Positions 53,545 through 63,914 of a stretch of 64,000 nucleotides of DNA are shown piece by piece. How positions within the stretch are numbered: the stretch's first letter is position 1; each line of letters opens with the position of its first letter. This stretch comes from an uncultured Clostridium sp. Its GTDB lineage: Bacteria; Bacillota; Clostridia; TANB77; CAG-508. The stretch is taken from assembly GCA_947368535.1 (NCBI GenBank), contig CANBHY010000005.1, forward strand, positions 65,117-129,116, read 5' to 3'. The position numbers were made by a program, and so were the translations under genes. The notes below the pieces were generated by a model that saw nothing but the letters and a program-made list of their open reading frames with translations, was not told where the DNA came from and searched no databases.

Positions 53545-53772
53545 TTATTTTTTATAACTATTTAATGCTTCTTTTAATTTTTCAACTTCTTCTTTAGTTA
53601 ATGTTATGCCTTTTCCCATTTTGTCGTGTTCTTCATTCCAGTCTCTTAAATCAAATTTAGGTTCTCTCTCATTCCAACTTACTAAATTTAATTCCTTACT
53701 CCATCCTTTTTCAGTTGTAGATAGTACAGCTATTTTTTCAACTATTTCATATTTTATTTCAGGCATAAGCAT
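53545..53772 (-). CDS. YdbC/PC4-like ssDNA-binding protein
   Basis: GWSKELNLVSWN...KFDLRDW...KMGKGITL. Confidence 0.92.
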   Translation of the reverse strand: MLMPEIKYEIVEKIAVLSTTEKGWSKELNLVSWNEREPKFDLRDWNEEHDKMGKGITLTKEEVEKLKEALNSYKK

Positions 53773-53853
53773 CTCTCCTTTTTTTGTTTTGTAAACAAAT
53801 TTCTTTTATAAGTCTATATATATCGTTTTTTATTGTTTTTGTAAAGAGTTTTT

Positions 53854-54763
53854 TTATATTCTTATTGTTGCCCCTATTATTCCTGCATCATTTTTTAATT
53901 TAGCTAGTTCTATTTTGGGCATTGCCATACTATTAAATCTGCTGTTTTTATCTTTTATTTTTTCTAATAATCTATCATATACAGGATTTCCTTCATAGTA
54001 TGAAAAGCTTCCTCCTAATACTACTATTTCTGGTTCAAACATATCTATCAAATTACAAATACCTGTTGATAAATCTTCTATAAATTGATCAACAACTTCT
54101 TTTACTTTTTCATTGTTAAAATCAAGCAATTGTTCTCTTAAGTATTGACCTGAAAAATCATTGTCTATATCTAATACTTCTGCTACTTTATTTCTAAAAG
54201 CACGTATTGATGCATACGTTTCAAAACATCCTCTTTTTCCACAAGAGCATTGTCTCCCACCTTTATTTATTATCATATGTCCAAATTCAAATCCTGAAAA
54301 TCTTTTAGGTACTAGCATTTCTCCTTTTAAAAATGCTGCTCCTCCTATTCCTGTTCCTATGCATATAAATACACAGTCTTCATAGTCTCTCATATTTCCA
54401 TAATGCTTTTCAGCTAGTGCCGCACATTTTGAGTCATTTTTTATTTGCATTGGCAAATTAATGTATTTTTGTAATTCTGCTATTAAATCAAAGTTTTCTA
54501 AGCCTAAATTCGTTGCTTGAACTATTTTGTTATCACTTATTGTTCCTGGTGATGCAATTCCTATAAATTCTATATCGTTTAAATCTACATTTGATTCTTC
54601 TATTACTTTATTTAATAAGTCTATTATTATTTTTACTATACTTTCTTTTATATTGACTCTATCTGTTCTTGTTAGATTTTGTTCTTCCATGTTTAAAATC
54701 ATTCCGTTTATTTATTAGGCCTACTCCAACATGACTTCCGCCTATATCTATTCCAATTCTCAT
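53854..54763 (-). CDS. ROK family sugar kinase, split by a +1 frameshift at about 54706
   Basis: Frame 0 from ATG 54763 (GAAAGGA RBS) gives MRIGIDIGGSHVGVGLINK, then CGG; +1 frame GMIL...GIASPG...ND..CAALAE...GTGIGG...EFGH...CSCG..GC.E. Confidence 0.9.
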
Positions 54764-54828
54764 AAATATATCCTTTCTTAAAAAAAGGAACGAGCATTTT
54801 AATATGTCGTTCCTCTTTAATATTATTT

Positions 54829-56205
54829 TTATACATAATCTGTACTGAACATAAATCCACCCATGTATAATTGGATACAAGGAACCAATACAACAACAAC
54901 GAAGAATATTAAAACTGTACCAACTAATATGTAACTTACTTCTGGTAATACCTTCATTATTCTTTGTAGGATTACATCTATATCTGCTTCAACGAATTCA
55001 AGCATTTTATCCATCATCATTGGAAGGTCTGTTTGCATACCAACTTTAAGCATTTCTGTTGACATACTATTTCCAAATCCTGATTCCTCAAATGGTTCTA
55101 CCCATGATTTACCTATCAAGCAGTTGTTTATTGCACTTTCAACAATTGATAGCATAACATTGTTTTTAGCAACATTTTTACTAACTTCCAGTGCTTGTTG
55201 AACTCTCATTCCATTTTTTATATTTAATGATACTGATTTCATTACTCTCGAAAAATCTACTGCATATATTAATGCTCCAAATATTGGTGCTTTATACTTA
55301 AATAAATGCCATTGATATCTTCCTTGTGGAGTTCTTATGTACGCTATAACGCCTCCTATAGCAATTCCTATTAGTATTACTGGATAAAACCACCAATTTG
55401 CAGCACTTTTTAAGAATGCCGCAAACGCTTGTGTAATCCAAGGTAGTGAATCTTTTGATCCCATAGAATCAAAAACATCTTGTATTGATGGAATTACGAA
55501 TATTGTTCCTATTAATAGTAATCCAAGCATACCAACAAATTGAAGTACGTTTGGCATTACAATTTTTTTAACTTTTTTAGTTAGGGCATCTGCATTTTCT
55601 AGATAATCCATCGCTTGTTCTAATGCATTTACAAGAGATCCAGATAATTCTCCAACTTTTATCATATTTACATATATTATTGGGAATATGCTTGAGTAAT
55701 ATTCCATAGTTGTATACATGTTTTCACCAGATTCAATACCAGCTAAAATATCTTCTAGTATTGATTTAAATCTTGGATTTTCTGTTGTTGAAATAACTGT
55801 TTCTAATGCATGTATATTATTAAAGTCAGCTTTTTTAAGTAGTAAAAAGTTTTGAGTAAATATTATTATATCTCTTGTTTTAATTTTTTTACCCTTACCT
55901 CTATTTTGAGCAATCTTTTTACTTTGAGATGTCATCTTTTTTTCTGTTTTATGATTGTCATTATTTCTATATATTAACTTTACTTGTTCAGGAGATAAGT
56001 CTTTTAGTATTTCTTCTGAACTTCTATGTCTTTTTACTGGTGTTTTTGCACCAGCAGTTACTTCTAATGCTTGTTGGATGTCTACAGGTGTTAGTCCATT
56101 TTTCTTTAGCATTTTATATAATTCTTCTTTTGTAATACCATTTACAGTGTTTTTAGTCATTTGTCCTGTTTTATTATTAATTGCTTTATACTGAAATGCT
56201 GGCAT
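54829..56205 (-). CDS. pilC: Type IV pilus platform protein PilC (T2SS F family)
   Basis: F.YKA, I.SGE, M.KVGE.SG.L, three TM segments. Confidence 0.9.
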   Translation of the reverse strand: MPAFQYKAINNKTGQMTKNTVNGITKEELYKMLKKNGLTPVDIQQALEVTAGAKTPVKRHRSSEEILKDLSPEQVKLIYRNNDNHKTEKKMTSQSKKIAQNRGKGKKIKTRDIIIFTQNFLLLKKADFNNIHALETVISTTENPRFKSILEDILAGIESGENMYTTMEYYSSIFPIIYVNMIKVGELSGSLVNALEQAMDYLENADALTKKVKKIVMPNVLQFVGMLGLLLIGTIFVIPSIQDVFDSMGSKDSLPWITQAFAAFLKSAANWWFYPVILIGIAIGGVIAYIRTPQGRYQWHLFKYKAPIFGALIYAVDFSRVMKSVSLNIKNGMRVQQALEVSKNVAKNNVMLSIVESAINNCLIGKSWVEPFEESGFGNSMSTEMLKVGMQTDLPMMMDKMLEFVEADIDVILQRIMKVLPEVSYILVGTVLIFFVVVVLVPCIQLYMGGFMFSTDYV

Positions 56206-56219
56206 ATTTCACCTCCTGA

Positions 56220-57332
56220 TTATATTCCTCCGTGTGTTGTTCCTCCACTCTTTAATTGCATAATTGTTTTTTCTAATGTTTCATAATTCTTTTCTTCTAT
56301 TTGAGCTTGTGCTTGTTCTAATGTTATTTCTCCATTTATAGTTAATTCTGCTAATACAGATATTAATCCTTGACTTCCTTTATCTTTGCTTGATTGTATT
56401 GCATCTTCAACTTCTGAAACTGAGAATTTTTCTTTTCTAATACATCCAGCAACAACATTATCAACAACCATAACTTCTGGTACCATTACTAGGTCTGTTT
56501 CATCAGCTGATTTTATTAATCTTTGTGATACTATTATTTTTAATAATGCAGCCATTAAGTATTTTATTTGTGCTTGATCAGAGAATTCATAGAAGTTTAT
56601 AATTCTGTCTAGTGTTTCTGCACATGATTTTGTGTGTAGTGTTCCTATTACTAAGTGACCAGATTCTGCCATGTCTATAGCTGCTGACATAGTTTCTTTA
56701 TCTCTAATCTCTCCTATTACTAGTATGTCGCAATCTTCTCTAAGTGCGTTTCTAACACCATCATGGAAATTTAATGAATCTCCTGCTACTCCGACTTCTT
56801 TTTGTACAATTATTGATTTTTTTGTTTTATGCTTGTATTCAACTGGTGCTTCAAGTGTTAATATTTTTCTATTTTGATTTTCATTTATATCATTAATTAA
56901 ACAGTTTAGAGTTGTTGTTTTTCCTGAGTTTGTTTTTCCTGTAACTAATATAACTCCTTGTGGCTGATATGTCATTCTTCTTATAACATCTGGAACACCT
57001 AAATCTTCAAATCTAGGTAATTCATTTTTTATAATTCTTAGTGTAAATAATGGTATGTCATCCATTTTAGAAATATTTACCCTTAGTCTTACATTTTTAT
57101 ATGCTATAGCTGTATCTAATCTTTTGTCCCTTTTATATAAATCATCATTTTCTATGCTTCCTTTTACTATGAAATCATAGAAACCATAAATATCTTCTTC
57201 TGTTAATACAGGATATTTTGATGGTATTAATGATTTTTTAATTCTTAATACTGGTTTTAATCCGCAAATAATGTGAATATCAGATGCGTCTCTTTGAATA
57301 GCTTCTTCGATTATGTCTTCTAAACTTAACAT
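56220..57332 (-). CDS. pilT: PilT/PilU retraction ATPase
   Basis: ASDIH, GKTNSGKTTT, ALRED.D....GEIRD, GHLVIGTLH. Confidence 0.9.
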   Translation of the reverse strand: MLSLEDIIEEAIQRDASDIHIICGLKPVLRIKKSLIPSKYPVLTEEDIYGFYDFIVKGSIENDDLYKRDKRLDTAIAYKNVRLRVNISKMDDIPLFTLRIIKNELPRFEDLGVPDVIRRMTYQPQGVILVTGKTNSGKTTTLNCLINDINENQNRKILTLEAPVEYKHKTKKSIIVQKEVGVAGDSLNFHDGVRNALREDCDILVIGEIRDKETMSAAIDMAESGHLVIGTLHTKSCAETLDRIINFYEFSDQAQIKYLMAALLKIIVSQRLIKSADETDLVMVPEVMVVDNVVAGCIRKEKFSVSEVEDAIQSSKDKGSQGLISVLAELTINGEITLEQAQAQIEEKNYETLEKTIMQLKSGGTTHGGI

Positions 57333-57348
57333 AAACTTATTCCTTTCT

Positions 57349-58992
57349 TTATAAATTATTAAATATTAATGTTTTATTATTTAATTCTTCCATTGTAATT
57401 TGTCCGTCAACAACTTTTTTAACGCCATCCATTTCAAAAGGTAAGAAACCTTCTTCTAAAGCTGCTTTTCTTATTTCAAAAGTTGATTTTCCTTCCATTA
57501 CAAGTTCTTTTATTCTATCTGTTAGGGTTAATATTTCTATTATTGCTAATCTTCCTGTATATCCTGTCATGTTACATTCTTTGCATCCTATTGTATCCCA
57601 TGTATATTTATCTTTAAAGTCAAATTCTATATTGTATTTTTTAGAATATTCATTTATTTTTCTTTTTTCTTCTTCTGTAAATTGTCTTTTTTCTGCGCAA
57701 TGTGGACATACTTTTCTTACAAGTCTTTGTGAAACTGCTGTTGCTAGTGTACTTGCAATATCATAATCTGATATTCCAAGTTTTCTAAGTCTTGTTATTA
57801 CCTCTATTGCGTTTATTGTATGTATTGTTGATAAAACGTAGTGACCAGTTTGTCCGGCTTCTAGTGCTATTTCTGCTGTTTCTAAGTCCCTTATCTCTCC
57901 TACTAGAACTATGTTAGGGTCTTGTCTTAATACAGTTCTTAATGCACTAGCAAAAGTAGTTTTTGCATCCATTTCAACTTGGTTTAATCCTGGAAGTCTA
58001 ACTTCAACTGGGTCTTCAAGTGTAATAATGTTTACTGAGTTAGTATTTAAAACTTTTATTATACTATATAGTGTAGTTGTTTTACCTTCACCAGTTGGCG
58101 CAGCAACAATTGTTACTGAGTTTCTTTTATCAAAATATTTTGAAATTAGATTATCTTCTCTAGGAAAACCTAATTCGTATATATCTCTAATTTTTGCATC
58201 TTTCTTTAAAAGTCTTAGAACGAATTTTTCTCCATATATTGTTTTTTGTGAAGATACACGGATATTGAATCCTGGGTACATTATGATTCTACCATCTTGT
58301 GATTCTTGTTTTTCTTGATACATATTTGATATAGCTTTTAATCTACCTATCATTTGCGTTTGATTTTCTTTTGGTATTCTTGCTACTGTTATCATGTCAC
58401 CATCAATTCTATATCTTACCCTAATATCTTTTTCCATTGGTTCTATATGGATATCTGATGCATTTTTTTCCATACCTGTTTTGATAATTGTGTCTACCAT
58501 TTTAGTAATATCTCTAGTATCTGCATTATTAAAATCATCTGTTGAAGCATCTCCATCTAATGATTCTAGTGTTTCTTCTATTTTGCTAGTAAATGAAATA
58601 TATTTTTCCATTGTAAAGCCTGCATGCATAAGCATTAATCTTATTTGCTCTACCAATTTGTTATTAGAAGTATCAGCAAAACATACTTTTACTTTACCAT
58701 TTAATTCGTCAAAAGGTATTACTTTATTCTTTTTTGCAGTATCCATTGAAATATATTTTGAGATATTAACATTTACAAGTTCTGGTCTCATTATTATGAC
58801 TTTTTCACCTAATATTTCTCCCATTGCTGTTATCAATTCTTTTTCATCTACTAATCCTAAAGCAGCTAAAGCCTCACCAATTTTAAATTTTGGATGTTCT
58901 TTTTGATATCTGATAGCTTCTTTTATATCTGCTTCTGTAGCTATTTTTCTTTTTACTAATTCGATACCTAAAGGTACTTTTTTCATTGCCAT
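57349..58992 (-). CDS. pilB: PilB/GspE assembly ATPase
   Basis: ASDIHIEP, RYRIDG, PTGEGKTTT, LRQDP....GEIRD, CPHC/CKEC zinc site. Confidence 0.93.
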   Translation of the reverse strand: MAMKKVPLGIELVKRKIATEADIKEAIRYQKEHPKFKIGEALAALGLVDEKELITAMGEILGEKVIIMRPELVNVNISKYISMDTAKKNKVIPFDELNGKVKVCFADTSNNKLVEQIRLMLMHAGFTMEKYISFTSKIEETLESLDGDASTDDFNNADTRDITKMVDTIIKTGMEKNASDIHIEPMEKDIRVRYRIDGDMITVARIPKENQTQMIGRLKAISNMYQEKQESQDGRIIMYPGFNIRVSSQKTIYGEKFVLRLLKKDAKIRDIYELGFPREDNLISKYFDKRNSVTIVAAPTGEGKTTTLYSIIKVLNTNSVNIITLEDPVEVRLPGLNQVEMDAKTTFASALRTVLRQDPNIVLVGEIRDLETAEIALEAGQTGHYVLSTIHTINAIEVITRLRKLGISDYDIASTLATAVSQRLVRKVCPHCAEKRQFTEEEKRKINEYSKKYNIEFDFKDKYTWDTIGCKECNMTGYTGRLAIIEILTLTDRIKELVMEGKSTFEIRKAALEEGFLPFEMDGVKKVVDGQITMEELNNKTLIFNNL

Positions 58993-59022
58993 CGCCTCTT
59001 TTTCCTCTTTCTAAGAATTTTA

Positions 59023-61137
59023 TTATCTAGGTTGATCTCCCTCATGTTTATTTATATTTCTTATTTGTTGTTCTAGTTTTAAATTAACATTATACACATG
59101 CTTCGTGCCTATTAAATTTAGCAATTCGTCCCAACCATTATTTTCTTTTTTATCTTTATACCAACCAATTATGGTTCCTCTTGCATATACTGTATTCAAA
59201 TTATCGCTATAAAGGTTACCGCTGTATTCTTGTTGCGATCCTCCCATATTAGAATATCCTTCTTGACTTAATTGAATTTTTTTATTTGTTTTTTCATATG
59301 CCCAGAAATATGCAGCCTTATTTGTTTCAAGTTCTGTGTTAAGATTTCTTATCATTCTTGGTAACCATATAAATATATATTTATCATCTGCATTTACTTT
59401 TGAGAATCTTAATCCTGTAAAAGGATTTGATTTTAATGGTTGTAAACCATTTCCTTTTGTATATCCTGTTACACTTCCAGGATTTTTAAAACTTGCTGTG
59501 CTATATGCAAAGGTTGGCCAAATATTTTCTTCTAATGAATACCATTCAATATCATCTTCTGTAGTCTTTACCCAATAACCTTCTTTGCTTGTAGCTGTTA
59601 CATTTGTCCAAACAAATTTTATTGGTGTTAAATATTTCCCTGTACCAAATTCATATCCTTTATCATGTACTTCGCTAGTTTTAACTGGTCTATTGTATGG
59701 ATATTGTACATTTGTATTTACTACTATTTCATCTTTTGGTCCTTCTGGTTTTGGCTTTTCTTCTTCTGGTTTTATTTCTGTGTTAAATATTGATACTTTA
59801 CCATAACCATTACTATTAGTTCCTGAACTAATTGTAGTATAGTCAAAATTTAACTGAACACAATCTCCTACTTTTAATGTAGGTCTTCCTTTATAATCTT
59901 TGTGAAATAATAGCATAAACTCATCTTGTTTTAACTGACATTCTCTTTTATTTTCATTTGATTCATATATTTTTTCTACATAATAGTGCTCATTTTCTTT
60001 CTTCATTTTGTATCCATACCATGCACCAAAAGTACTAGTATTTGTCCCTAATATATTCCCTACTGTTTGATTGCTTTTACTATAATATATTGTAGGTCTT
60101 CCAGCTCCGTCAAATACGTTAATTGCATTTATTGTATGTTCTGATGTTTTATAAAGTGTTTTTGGTGGAGCTGTTGTTGTGGTTGTTATATCTCTGTATA
60201 TTGTAAAATCTCCATATCCATTTTTTGAACCAGCGCTCGTATATTTAGTATAAAAAGCATCTGGACTAAATTCTATATAATCTCCTATATTTACCCCTTC
60301 TGGTACTTTTTCTTGATATAGCATTATGACTATAGTATTAGGATTAACTGGCATATTTTTGTGTTCTATCCCATTATTAACTATATCTTTTATAACAAAT
60401 CTATCCCCTTCTTTATTGACTTGAAGCGCTACCCAATACGTATACGAACCTCCTCCACCTACTGTAGATACTGTCTGATTTTCTTTGTTACTCCATATAA
60501 TACTTACATCGTTAGCTTGTACCGTATATGTTCCTTCTGTTGCATTCATTGTATTAATAAATCTTACTCTCCTAGTTGTAATGGCTTTTTTTTCTGTTTT
60601 TTCTGTAACGCCTATATGTTCTACAGATTCTATTGGCTTCGTTTCTGTTCCAGTTCCACTTCCATCTTCTGAACCGTCACCATTTCCATCACCATCTCCA
60701 GTATCACTTTCTATTGTAACTGCTTGTTTTGATAATCTCATTTCAAATACATTATCTTCTGGTATATCACCTTTTGAGTTTAGTCTTTTTACTTTTAAAG
60801 TTACAGTTTTATATTCATCAGTTCCTTCAGCTTGATAAAATACTTTTAATCTGTCTGATCCTATATTTCCTTCATCTCCTATAAGTTTAGTGATTTCTTC
60901 ATCTTCAACTTTGTTTTCTATCTCTTCGATTTTCATAGCATCTACTTTATCTGCTATTTTTGTTATTTTTTCAGTAATTTTTTTTACATCATCTATTTCT
61001 TTTGATGTGCTTGATAAATTTACCATTATTGTTGTAAAAGCTGACAAAAATAGCATTAATATAAATAATGCAATTAAAATATCTTGACCTGTAAATCCAT
61101 TATTTTGTTTAATTTTTTGTTTTATATGTTGTATCAT
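59023..61137 (-). CDS. Large minor pilin / pilus adhesin
   Basis: Class III-like N-terminus NNG|FTGQDILIAL; two internal repeats of about 120 aa; C-terminal WY...W...FIWLPR domain. Confidence 0.7.
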   Translation of the reverse strand: MIQHIKQKIKQNNGFTGQDILIALFILMLFLSAFTTIMVNLSSTSKEIDDVKKITEKITKIADKVDAMKIEEIENKVEDEEITKLIGDEGNIGSDRLKVFYQAEGTDEYKTVTLKVKRLNSKGDIPEDNVFEMRLSKQAVTIESDTGDGDGNGDGSEDGSGTGTETKPIESVEHIGVTEKTEKKAITTRRVRFINTMNATEGTYTVQANDVSIIWSNKENQTVSTVGGGGSYTYWVALQVNKEGDRFVIKDIVNNGIEHKNMPVNPNTIVIMLYQEKVPEGVNIGDYIEFSPDAFYTKYTSAGSKNGYGDFTIYRDITTTTTAPPKTLYKTSEHTINAINVFDGAGRPTIYYSKSNQTVGNILGTNTSTFGAWYGYKMKKENEHYYVEKIYESNENKRECQLKQDEFMLLFHKDYKGRPTLKVGDCVQLNFDYTTISSGTNSNGYGKVSIFNTEIKPEEEKPKPEGPKDEIVVNTNVQYPYNRPVKTSEVHDKGYEFGTGKYLTPIKFVWTNVTATSKEGYWVKTTEDDIEWYSLEENIWPTFAYSTASFKNPGSVTGYTKGNGLQPLKSNPFTGLRFSKVNADDKYIFIWLPRMIRNLNTELETNKAAYFWAYEKTNKKIQLSQEGYSNMGGSQQEYSGNLYSDNLNTVYARGTIIGWYKDKKENNGWDELLNLIGTKHVYNVNLKLEQQIRNINKHEGDQPR

Positions 61138-61145
61138 AACATCTC

Positions 61146-61964
61146 CTACATATTAATAATTGGAATTGCTTGTATTATCATTGCTATTATATTTGATATG
61201 CATAAGTAAAAAGCTATTGGTATATCTAAATTTATATCTTTTTCTGCTAGAATATCGCTATTGTCTACTCTTATTTTACGTTTTCTTATAATGACACTTG
61301 CTGTTAGTGAAATCATTGTTAATACGGCTGTTATTAAAAATACTTCTGAAACGATAAACATATTCATGTATATACATATCATCAAAATTTCTAGTAAATA
61401 TTTATACTTATATAATTTGTGTTTACTAGTTATGATTGCTAATGTTAATACTATGAATGCGTATATAACATATTTATATATACTAATTACATTTATATCT
61501 TTTATTATATATAAATATATAATATGGACAAACCCTACTATTGATCCTATTAATATTATTGGCTTGTTAATTTGTTTTTTGTTTCTATCTATTCCAGCTA
61601 TTATTACTAATGTTGTTGCAAATATCATTAAATATAAATATTCTGTTAGTGTTAGTACAGATAAGTTTTGAATGCTTGGATTTATGCTTAGAAATATTCC
61701 TAGCGATGCTAGTCCCATCAATATTTCTATAAAAAAGTAGCTACTACTAATTTTCTTCCCACAATATCTGCATTTTCCACCTAGTAATATGTAGCTCCAT
61801 ACTGGTATTAGGTCTAAAAATCCTAATTTGTGTTTACAATTTGGACAAAAAGATCTGTCTGTTGTTATATTCTTTTTTTGTGGTATACGATAAATTGCTA
61901 AAGTTGAGAAACTTCCAAATACTGTTCCCATTATGAATATTATTATGTATAGTATTATTTCCAT
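61146..61964 (-). CDS. pilD: Prepilin peptidase (A24), divergent C-terminus
   Basis: GSF....IYRIP, RSFCPNC..L...DLIP..SY..L.GKCRYC. Confidence 0.85.
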   Translation of the reverse strand: MEIILYIIIFIMGTVFGSFSTLAIYRIPQKKNITTDRSFCPNCKHKLGFLDLIPVWSYILLGGKCRYCGKKISSSYFFIEILMGLASLGIFLSINPSIQNLSVLTLTEYLYLMIFATTLVIIAGIDRNKKQINKPIILIGSIVGFVHIIYLYIIKDINVISIYKYVIYAFIVLTLAIITSKHKLYKYKYLLEILMICIYMNMFIVSEVFLITAVLTMISLTASVIIRKRKIRVDNSDILAEKDINLDIPIAFYLCISNIIAMIIQAIPIINM

Positions 61965-61994
61965 CTTTTTCTCCTTGTTGTTTTTTTATTATTT

Positions 61995-62034
61995 TATAAA
62001 AAGCATATGCATATAAAATGCATATGCTTTTATA
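61995..62034 (-). terminator. Hairpin after the major pilin gene
   Basis: AAAAGCATATGCAT/ATGCATATGCTTTT inverted repeat. Confidence 0.7.
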
Positions 62035-62043
62035 GTGTTTTTA

Positions 62044-62481
62044 TTAGTTTTTTGCATGAGTTTTTTCATCAGTAAATTCAAATGTTTTTAATGTTAATGA
62101 TGTAGAGCTTATTGTTGCTGTATATCCGTAATCTTTATCGTTTACTTTAACTGTGAAATCGCTTCCTTCTCCTCCTGTAATAGATATAATATCATAACCT
62201 ACCATTTGAGCTGTTAATTCAGTTTTTAGTGAATCAGCTGTTACAGATTGGAAATCTTTCTCCTCTTTTTCTCCAGCATATATATCTGTTGAATATGATG
62301 AAAGTCCTGTTGATAAAGATTCTTTTGCTGTTCCTAATGCTGATTCAAATTTTGCTTTTTGTGAGTTCTTTAAAACTCCATTGTCTCCCATTACCATTGA
62401 TATAGTAACACCAGCTAAGATTAGTAATACAACTATTGTGATAACTAATGCTACTAAAGTAATACCTTTTTGATTTTTCAT
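62044..62481 (-). CDS. Type IV major pilin-like protein
   Basis: MKNQKG|ITLVALVITIVVLLILAGV; strong RBS; followed by terminator. Confidence 0.9.
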   Translation of the reverse strand: MKNQKGITLVALVITIVVLLILAGVTISMVMGDNGVLKNSQKAKFESALGTAKESLSTGLSSYSTDIYAGEKEEKDFQSVTADSLKTELTAQMVGYDIISITGGEGSDFTVKVNDKDYGYTATISSTSLTLKTFEFTDEKTHAKN

Positions 62482-62541
62482 AATTTTCCTCCTTAGAATT
62501 TTTTAAATTGTGTTATATATATATAATTTTAAATATAACCT

Positions 62542-63039
62542 TTATTTGGTTGTTTGTTTTTTATTTTCAGAAATTATACTTCCTGCTTCAGCAGATGGTG
62601 CTGATACATCATTTTGAAAATATGTTGATTCTTCTTTTTTTGGTTTTGAATTTGTTGTTGTTTGAGTTGAGTTGCTTGATTTTCTTGGGTCTGTTTTTAC
62701 ATAGTAAGTAGCACTATTTTCATCATATGTAACTTCTGTTATTGGTGTCTCATCAAATGGATTTGATTGTCCTTGTTTTAAATCTCCACTTGACTTATAT
62801 GCATTTAAATCATCTTCTGTTACTGTGTATCCTGATGATAACGTTATTGTATTTTGTGATGCTAAATATTTTTGCTTTTCTTTTAATATGTTTTGCTCTT
62901 CTTTAGACATTTGATATGTAGCACTACTTATTTCTATTGAATTTTCTTTGATATAGTCAAAAAATAATGTAACTAATATAAGCATAATTGCACATATTAA
63001 TATGATCATTGCAATTGATTCTCTAATTATAGTTTTCAT
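62542..63039 (-). CDS. Pilus-cluster membrane protein (possibly PilP-like)
   Basis: TM helix; G.SNPF motif; position after the PilO-like gene. Confidence 0.55.
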   Translation of the reverse strand: MKTIIRESIAMIILICAIMLILVTLFFDYIKENSIEISSATYQMSKEEQNILKEKQKYLASQNTITLSSGYTVTEDDLNAYKSSGDLKQGQSNPFDETPITEVTYDENSATYYVKTDPRKSSNSTQTTTNSKPKKEESTYFQNDVSAPSAEAGSIISENKKQTTK

Positions 63040-63050
63040 TTGTTCACCTC

Positions 63051-63914
63051 TTAATTTGTTGTGTTAGTTGTATTTGTACTATTCGTTGTATTTGTTGTAT
63101 TAGTTGTGTTAGCTGTGTTGTTTGTATTATTTGTTGTATTGTTAGTTGTGTTTCCGTTTTTTGCTGTTTCTGCTGCTGCTTTTTCTTGTTCAACTGTTAA
63201 TTGATTTTCAACTTTTGATAAACTAGATTTATATACTGGTACATTAGTTTTATAAAATTCTGTTTTTAGCATAAGTATTGTTCCTTTTGATGTTTGTACA
63301 ACACCATTATCTTCTTCATCTGATATATCACCTTTAACAAAAGCTCCATAGTGATATTCATCAACTGGAACATCTGCATATTCTGAATACATTTTTAAGT
63401 TTTCAGGTATAAAACTTAATTCTTGATCTTTGCTTATTGCTTCTATAAAGTCTATTAATGATAAATATGTTCCTGATACATTAAATTTAAAATCACATAA
63501 TGTATAATTTTCTTCTGCTGCTGTTTCTTGATTTTGGAATACTTCAATTGTTAAATCACATCTATTATCTGTAGCATATTTACCTAGTTTTACCCATAAG
63601 TAACTCAAATCATAACTTACTCCTGCTATAGCTCTTTGTTTTTCAATTTCTGTTTTATTGCTCATAGCTGCTTCATATAATTCTTTTGCTGATTTAAATT
63701 TTTTTATAGAGTCATTTAACGAATTTTGAGTTGTTGCATATGTTGTTGATTTTAATGTTGTTAAAGTATCTAGCTGAGTATTAGTTAATTCTTTTCTAGC
63801 TTTTAGTTCTGAAAAACTATATATTTTGGTAGGAAAAGTCATCCCTGATTTCATAGCAAAAAAGCTAAAAATTATTACAATCATTAATAATCCTGCGAGA
63901 ATTAGTTTTCTCAT
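63051..63914 (-). CDS. PilO-like pilus alignment protein with Asn/Thr-rich tail
   Basis: TM, coiled coil, F.VSGTY..L.DFI..I motif. Confidence 0.65.
   Translation of the reverse strand: MRKLILAGLLMIVIIFSFFAMKSGMTFPTKIYSFSELKARKELTNTQLDTLTTLKSTTYATTQNSLNDSIKKFKSAKELYEAAMSNKTEIEKQRAIAGVSYDLSYLWVKLGKYATDNRCDLTIEVFQNQETAAEENYTLCDFKFNVSGTYLSLIDFIEAISKDQELSFIPENLKMYSEYADVPVDEYHYGAFVKGDISDEEDNGVVQTSKGTILMLKTEFYKTNVPVYKSSLSKVENQLTVEQEKAAAETAKNGNTTNNTTNNTNNTANTTNTTNTTNSTNTTNTTN

Noticed and set aside
63051..63160. Asn/Thr microsatellite-like tract
   Set aside because: Low-complexity coding tail of the PilO-like protein; no sign of frame-switching phase variation
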